From an uncultured Pelagibacteraceae bacterium (GTDB lineage: Bacteria; Pseudomonadota; Alphaproteobacteria; Pelagibacterales; AG-422-B15): DNA of 64,000 nt. Shown here piece by piece: positions 59,241 to 64,000 of the stretch; positions within the stretch are counted from its first letter, which is position 1, and every line of letters begins with the position of its first letter. Under the pieces are notes generated by a model. That model saw only the letters and a program-made list of their open reading frames with translations. It was not told where the DNA came from and ran no database searches. Where the stretch lies: NCBI GenBank assembly GCA_902519835.1, contig CABYLU010000005.1, forward strand, positions 5,384-69,383, read 5' to 3'. A program made the position numbers and the translations under genes.

Positions 59241-59549
59241 ATGGAAAATCAAAATATCAAAATAAGATTGAAGGCTTTTGACCATGGTGTACTCGATAAA
59301 TCATCAGTAGAAATCGTTGATACAGCTAAAAGAACTGGAGCAATGGTGAAAGGCCCAATACCATTACCCACAAATAATGAGAAGTTTACAGTTCTTCGAT
59401 CTCCCCATGTTAACAAAAAAAGTAGAGAGCAATTCGAGATCAGGACTCATAAGAGATTAATAGAGATAGTCGACCCAACGCCACAAACAGTCGATGCACT
59501 AATGAAATTAGATTTAGCTTCAGGAGTTGACGTAGAAATCAAATTATAA
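59241..59549 (+). CDS. rpsJ: 30S ribosomal protein S10
   Basis: IRLKAFDH and GPIPLPT. 102 aa. Confidence 0.97.
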   Translation: MENQNIKIRLKAFDHGVLDKSSVEIVDTAKRTGAMVKGPIPLPTNNEKFTVLRSPHVNKKSREQFEIRTHKRLIEIVDPTPQTVDALMKLDLASGVDVEIKL

Positions 59550-59552
59550 GAT

Positions 59553-60242
59553 ATGAGATCAGGTATTATAGCAAAAAAGATTGGAATGAGTAATTTGTAC
59601 ACACAAAGTGGAGCGAATATTCCTGTTACTGTACTTCATGTTGAAAATTGTAAAATTATTGATCGAATTACCTCAGAAAATGAAAATTCAGACAAGGTAT
59701 TGGTTGGTGCCTGCAAGTTAAAAAAAATATCAAAATCACAGAAGGGCTTCTTTGATAAAAAAAAATCAGATGCTTATAAATATCTTAGAGAGTTTGAAAT
59801 TAGTAAAGACCAAGAGGTTAAAAGTGGAGATGAATTGAAAGCAAGTCATTTTAAGGAAGGTCAATTTATTGATGTATCTGGTTACACGAAGGGCAAAGGA
59901 TTTGCTGGAGTGATGAAACGTCATAATTTCTCCGGCTTGAGAGCCTCTCATGGTGTTTCAGTTTCACATCGAAGCCATGGATCTACAGGTCAGTGCCAAG
60001 ACCCTGGTAAAGTTTTTAAAGGAAAAAAGATGGCGGGACAATACGGAGATGTTCACAAAACTCTTCAAAGCTTACAGGTTGTAAAGGTTGATGACCAAAA
60101 AAATCTCATCTGTGTAAAAGGAGCTACACCTGGCTCAAGGGGAACTTGGTTAGTTGTTGAGGACTCAATTAAAAAAGATGGAATCAAAGAAATAGAAGCC
60201 GTAACAGTAAAGTCAGAAAAAGAAGTAAAGAAGGAAAAATAA
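59553..60242 (+). CDS. rplC: 50S ribosomal protein L3
   Basis: KIGMSNLYT and GKGFAGVMKRHNFSG. Confidence 0.96.
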   Translation: MRSGIIAKKIGMSNLYTQSGANIPVTVLHVENCKIIDRITSENENSDKVLVGACKLKKISKSQKGFFDKKKSDAYKYLREFEISKDQEVKSGDELKASHFKEGQFIDVSGYTKGKGFAGVMKRHNFSGLRASHGVSVSHRSHGSTGQCQDPGKVFKGKKMAGQYGDVHKTLQSLQVVKVDDQKNLICVKGATPGSRGTWLVVEDSIKKDGIKEIEAVTVKSEKEVKKEK

Positions 60243-60246
60243 GTAA

Positions 60247-60867
60247 ATGCAAATTGACATGCACAAAATAGATGGAAAAAAGAGTGGGTCGGTCAATTTG
60301 AAAGATCAATTATTCAATAGTAAGTCTGATTTAAGTGTTGTTGGCTCTTTAGTCAGATGGAATGAGTCTAACCAGAAACCTCTAAGAGCTAGGACCAAAA
60401 ACAGATCTGAAGTAAAAGGAACAACGCAAAAGCTAGGAAGACAAAAGGGAAGTGGAGGAGCTAGACACGGTTCCAAAAAGGCAAATATATTTAGAAGTGG
60501 AGGAATGGCTCATAACTTAAGAGGAGTACGTTCATTAAAAAAGATGCCTAAACGCACTAGGCAGGAGGCCTTGAAACATATTCTTGCTGATAAACTCAAG
60601 AATAACAATTTGATAATTGTTGAAGAGCTCAAAATTACAGAACCAAAGACAAAAACATTAGTTAAAAGCCTCTCAGATTTAAATGCTCACTCTGCGCTCA
60701 TATTAGAGGGTGATAAACCTGATAATAATTTTGCATTAGCTTCAAGAAACTTAAAAAATATAAAGTATTCAAGCATAAATAATTTTAATGCACTCGATTT
60801 ACTTGGATTTGAAAAATTAATCATGAGTAAGAATGCTTTAGAAATACTTGAGAGTAGGATTAATTAA
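60247..60867 (+). CDS. rplD: 50S ribosomal protein L4
   Basis: Conserved position. KGTTQKLGRQKGSGGARHGS matches the typical L4 loop. Confidence 0.93.
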   Translation: MQIDMHKIDGKKSGSVNLKDQLFNSKSDLSVVGSLVRWNESNQKPLRARTKNRSEVKGTTQKLGRQKGSGGARHGSKKANIFRSGGMAHNLRGVRSLKKMPKRTRQEALKHILADKLKNNNLIIVEELKITEPKTKTLVKSLSDLNAHSALILEGDKPDNNFALASRNLKNIKYSSINNFNALDLLGFEKLIMSKNALEILESRIN

Positions 60868-60868
60868 G

Positions 60869-61162
60869 ATGGTTACAATTAAAGATTTTAAAACAATAAT
60901 CAAACCTATTATTACAGAGAAGTCCTCGATGGGTTCAGAGTATAATCAAGTTACATTCCAAGTTCAGAAAACAAGTTCAAAGAAAGAAATTAAATTAGCA
61001 ATTGAAAATATTTTTAAAGTTAAAGTAAAAAAAGTAAATACTTCAATCGTTAAGGGTAAGCTTAAATCATTCAGGGGTTCTCTTGGTAAAAGGTCGGATT
61101 ACAAGAAGGCATTCGTTACCCTCGAAGATGGTCAAACAATTGATATTAATGCGGGAGTATAA
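60869..61162 (+). CDS. rplW: 50S ribosomal protein L23
   Basis: ATG at 60869 lies 1 nt after the rplD stop. IIKPIITEKS and KKAFVTL are present. The 60848 start in the ORF track is rejected. Confidence 0.93.
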   Translation: MVTIKDFKTIIKPIITEKSSMGSEYNQVTFQVQKTSSKKEIKLAIENIFKVKVKKVNTSIVKGKLKSFRGSLGKRSDYKKAFVTLEDGQTIDINAGV

Positions 61163-61166
61163 ATAA

Positions 61167-62012
61167 ATGGCACTTAAAAAATTCAGACCTAACACGCCCG
61201 GAACCAGAGGACTTACTCTAGTTGATAAAAAAGGCTTATGGAATGGTAAACCAGTAAAATCACTTACCACTGGCATCTCTAAAAAAGGTGGACGTAATAA
61301 TACAGGCAGAATCACTATGAGAAGAAAAGGTGGTGGGCATAAATCAAAATATAGAATAATTGATTTCAAAAGAAATAAGATAGATGTGAGTGCGACTGTG
61401 GAAAGAATAGAATATGATCCAAATAGATCTTCATATATAGCATTGATTAAATATGATGACGGTATTCAAAGCTATATATTGGCCCCAAAAGATATAAAGG
61501 TTGGAGATAAAGTAATTTCTGGATCAAAAAAAGAAATTAGAAATGGAAATTGTATGCCCATGTCTGACATACCTGTAGGCATTGACATACATAACATCGA
61601 ATTAAAATCAGGAAGCGGTGCGCAATTAGCAAGGTCTGCGGGCACATCAACCCAAATTGTTGGAAAATCTAATGGTTATGTCGCTATTAAGTTGCCTTCA
61701 GGGGAACAACGAAAAATCAGAGAAGAATGTCGTGCTACGATAGGTGTTTTGTCAAATATTGACAAAAAAAACCAAAAGCTTGGTAAGGCCGGTAGGAACA
61801 GGTGGCTTGGTATAAGACCATCTGTCAGAGGAGTTGCGATGAATCCCATCGATCATCCACATGGTGGCGGTGAAGGTAAAACTTCTGGTGGAAGAGATCC
61901 TGTAACTCCATGGGGTAAACCTACAAAGGGAAAGAAGACAAGAAATAATAAAAGAACTGATAAATTTATAATTAAAAGAAAAACGGATAAGAAAGCAAGA
62001 ATAGAGGTATAA
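61167..62012 (+). CDS. rplB: 50S ribosomal protein L2
   Basis: [22 protein letters not shown]. Confidence 0.98.
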   Translation: MALKKFRPNTPGTRGLTLVDKKGLWNGKPVKSLTTGISKKGGRNNTGRITMRRKGGGHKSKYRIIDFKRNKIDVSATVERIEYDPNRSSYIALIKYDDGIQSYILAPKDIKVGDKVISGSKKEIRNGNCMPMSDIPVGIDIHNIELKSGSGAQLARSAGTSTQIVGKSNGYVAIKLPSGEQRKIREECRATIGVLSNIDKKNQKLGKAGRNRWLGIRPSVRGVAMNPIDHPHGGGEGKTSGGRDPVTPWGKPTKGKKTRNNKRTDKFIIKRKTDKKARIEV

Positions 62013-62285
62013 ATGACAAGATCTGTTTGGAAGGGACCATTTGTTGATAGCCATTTATTAAAAAAAGTAAAAGCGGCATCTGACTCTGGTGGCAATAGCG
62101 TTATCAAGACTTGGTCTAGAAGATCAACTATACTGCCTGAGTTTGTGGGTGTAAATTTTGCGGTTCACAATGGCAAAAGATTTATACCTGTAAACGTAAC
62201 TGAAGACATGGTTGGCCATAAACTTGGAGAGTTTTCTCCTACAAGAACTTTTAATGGCCACACAGGTGATAAGAAAACGAAATAA
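62013..62285 (+). CDS. rpsS: 30S ribosomal protein S19
   Basis: [12 protein letters not shown] and [10 protein letters not shown]. Confidence 0.97.
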   Translation: MTRSVWKGPFVDSHLLKKVKAASDSGGNSVIKTWSRRSTILPEFVGVNFAVHNGKRFIPVNVTEDMVGHKLGEFSPTRTFNGHTGDKKTK

Positions 62286-62287
62286 AT

Positions 62288-62677
62288 ATGAGACAACTTG
62301 CAAGAAAAGATAACGAAGCATATGCAATTCAAAGGAACATGAGAGTGAGTCCGTCAAAAGCTAATGCAGTTCTTGAAATGATTAGAGGCAAAAAGGCATC
62401 TGAAGCACTTAACTTATTAAAATTTTCGTCTAGAGGAGTAGCTAAAAATATCTCTAAAGTTTTAAATAGTGCAATTGCTAATGCTGAAAACAATCATCAG
62501 TTGGATATTGATATATTAAAGGTTACTGAAGCATATTGTGGTAAAGGTATGGTAATGAAAAGATGGAGAGCAAGAGCAAAGGGAAGACCTGGGAGAATTA
62601 ATAAATTTCTGACTAACGTCACAATTAAAGTTTCTGAAGATCAAGTTAAGGAAGTAAAGAAAGAGAAGGCAAAATAG
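62288..62677 (+). CDS. rplV: 50S ribosomal protein L22
   Basis: [18 protein letters not shown], and conserved position. Confidence 0.95.
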   Translation: MRQLARKDNEAYAIQRNMRVSPSKANAVLEMIRGKKASEALNLLKFSSRGVAKNISKVLNSAIANAENNHQLDIDILKVTEAYCGKGMVMKRWRARAKGRPGRINKFLTNVTIKVSEDQVKEVKKEKAK

Positions 62678-62680
62678 TAT

Positions 62681-63352
62681 ATGGGTCAAAAAGTAAATCC
62701 AATTGGACTTAGATTAATTCTTAATAAGAAGTGGCAATCTAGATGGTATGCTGGAAAGAAAGAATTTGGATCTTTCTTGCAGGAAGATTTAAAGATCAGA
62801 GCTTATCTTGAGAAAAAACTTAAAAATTGTGCTGTAGCAAAAATTCAGATTGAACGGCCTGCAAAGAAAGCGCAGGTTACAATATATTCAGCGCGTCCAG
62901 GTCTTATTATTGGAAAAAAAGGTAGTGATATTGAGAAATTGAAGAAAAAAATCTCTGAATTTACGTCTGATGAAGTTTCTATAAATCTTGTAGAGATTAG
63001 GAAACCAGAAGTAGAAGCACAATTAATTGCTGATGGCATAGCTGAACAATTAGAAAGACGCGTTTCATTCCGAAGAGCGATGAAACGTTCAGTTCAGTCA
63101 GCGATGCGCTTGGGAGCAGACGGAATTAGAGTGAATTGCGGAGGTAGACTTGGGGGAACTGAAATAGCAAGAACTGAGTGGTATAGGGAAGGTAGAGTGC
63201 CTTTGCATACTTTCAGAGCAAATGTAGATTACGCTGTTGCAACAGCACAAACCACATATGGTTCATGCGGAATAAAAGTTTGGATATATAAAGGCGACAT
63301 AGATGATAATGCGCCTCATGAATTGGATAATAACCCAAATAAATTAGGATAA
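62681..63352 (+). CDS. rpsC: 30S ribosomal protein S3
   Basis: [12 protein letters not shown] and a KH domain ([14 protein letters not shown]). Confidence 0.98.
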   Translation: MGQKVNPIGLRLILNKKWQSRWYAGKKEFGSFLQEDLKIRAYLEKKLKNCAVAKIQIERPAKKAQVTIYSARPGLIIGKKGSDIEKLKKKISEFTSDEVSINLVEIRKPEVEAQLIADGIAEQLERRVSFRRAMKRSVQSAMRLGADGIRVNCGGRLGGTEIARTEWYREGRVPLHTFRANVDYAVATAQTTYGSCGIKVWIYKGDIDDNAPHELDNNPNKLG

Positions 63353-63354
63353 AT

Positions 63355-63768
63355 ATGTTACAGCCAAAGAAAACAAAATATAGAAAAGCACATAAGGGTA
63401 GAATTAAGGGAGTTGCAACGTCAGCGACAACGCTTAATTATGGGACATATGGTTTGAAAGCTTTAGAAGCTGAAAGAGTCACAGCTCGTCAAATTGAGGC
63501 TGCCCGTGTTGCAATGACAAGATTCATGAAAAGAGCTGGAAGAGTGTGGGTTAGAATATTTCCTGATGTTCCAGTTTCAAAAAAACCTACAGAAGTAAGA
63601 ATGGGTAAAGGCAAAGGATCGCCAGAGTATTGGGCATGCAGGGTTAAACCAGGAAAAATTTTATTTGAAGTTGATGGCGTTTCACAAGCAATTGCAACAG
63701 AGGCTTTTGGACGCGCTTCATCTAAACTACCTATTAAAACTAAGGTAGTGGAACAGTTAATTAAATAG
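63355..63768 (+). CDS. rplP: 50S ribosomal protein L16
   Basis: [16 protein letters not shown] and [12 protein letters not shown]. Confidence 0.98.
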   Translation: MLQPKKTKYRKAHKGRIKGVATSATTLNYGTYGLKALEAERVTARQIEAARVAMTRFMKRAGRVWVRIFPDVPVSKKPTEVRMGKGKGSPEYWACRVKPGKILFEVDGVSQAIATEAFGRASSKLPIKTKVVEQLIK

Positions 63769-63775
63769 AGACTTT

Positions 63776-63967
63776 ATGAAAGCAGAAGAAATAAGAAAAA
63801 AAACAATAGACCAACTAAAGACTGAGTTGCAAAATTTATACAAGGAGTCTTTTAACTTGAGATTTCAAAAGTCCTCGGGCCAGCTGGAGAATACATCTCG
63901 AATTTTTAAGGTGAGAAAACTGATTGCAAGAATAAAAACAATAATGAAGGAAAAAACGGTTAACTAA
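63776..63967 (+). CDS. rpmC: 50S ribosomal protein L29
   Basis: 63 aa. The pattern LRKKTIDQLKTEL...LRFQ, and conserved position. Confidence 0.93.
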   Translation: MKAEEIRKKTIDQLKTELQNLYKESFNLRFQKSSGQLENTSRIFKVRKLIARIKTIMKEKTVN

Positions 63968-63968
63968 T

Positions 63969-64000
63969 ATGCCAAAAAAGATATTACAAGGAACTGTTAT
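63969..64000 (+). CDS. rpsQ: 30S ribosomal protein S17 (5' end only, truncated by the window edge)
   Basis: ATG at 63969 lies 1 nt after the rpmC stop. MPKKILQGTV... matches the S17 N-terminal pattern and the expected gene order. Confidence 0.75.
   Translation, partial: MPKKILQGTV

Overview
Overall, this is a gene-dense, AT-rich window that looks like core chromosome from a streamlined marine alphaproteobacterium (SAR11/HIMB59-like). The lineage call rests on an alpha-type L7/L12 sequence, a DUF1476 zeta ATPase inhibitor, and a proteorhodopsin gene; it is an inference. By my hand tally only about 2.2 kb (~3.5%) lies outside CDS or tRNA calls. There are several TAATG stop/start overlaps and almost no leaders.

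Gene content, left to right:
- Two pairs of adjacent acyl-CoA dehydrogenases, with an MFE-2-type SDR and a crotonase nearby.
- A cobalamin riboswitch, then a TonB-dependent receptor, then a small 6-TM protein.
- glmU-glmS, a DhlA-like haloalkane dehalogenase, class II DAHP synthase, nadE, gltX, cysS, cimA, trmJ-like and rpsD.
- grxD and purLQSC, purB, map and sfsA.
- A blue-tuned DTE proteorhodopsin with a strong terminator, then tRNA-Leu.
- nadK, then glpK-aldolase-NAD-dependent formate dehydrogenase, then a His-box oxygenase.
- tRNA-Thr, rlmB, and the conserved block tRNA-Tyr/Gly-tuf-tRNA-Trp-secE-nusG-rplKAJL-rpoBC-rpsLG-fusA-S10 operon, running to the start of rpsQ.

I found no CRISPR array, transposase, integrase or recognisable defence system. 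The least ordinary items are:
1. A perfect 60-nt direct repeat containing the 3' 55 nt of tRNA-Thr brackets a 0.7-kb two-ORF insert. This reads as an att-like scar or mini-island.
2. The riboswitch-controlled B12 uptake module includes a candidate BtuM-like inner-membrane component.
3. The ACAD pairs show a catalytic/non-catalytic pattern that suggests alpha2beta2 heteromers.

All product calls come from motif recognition by eye. No database searches were run.
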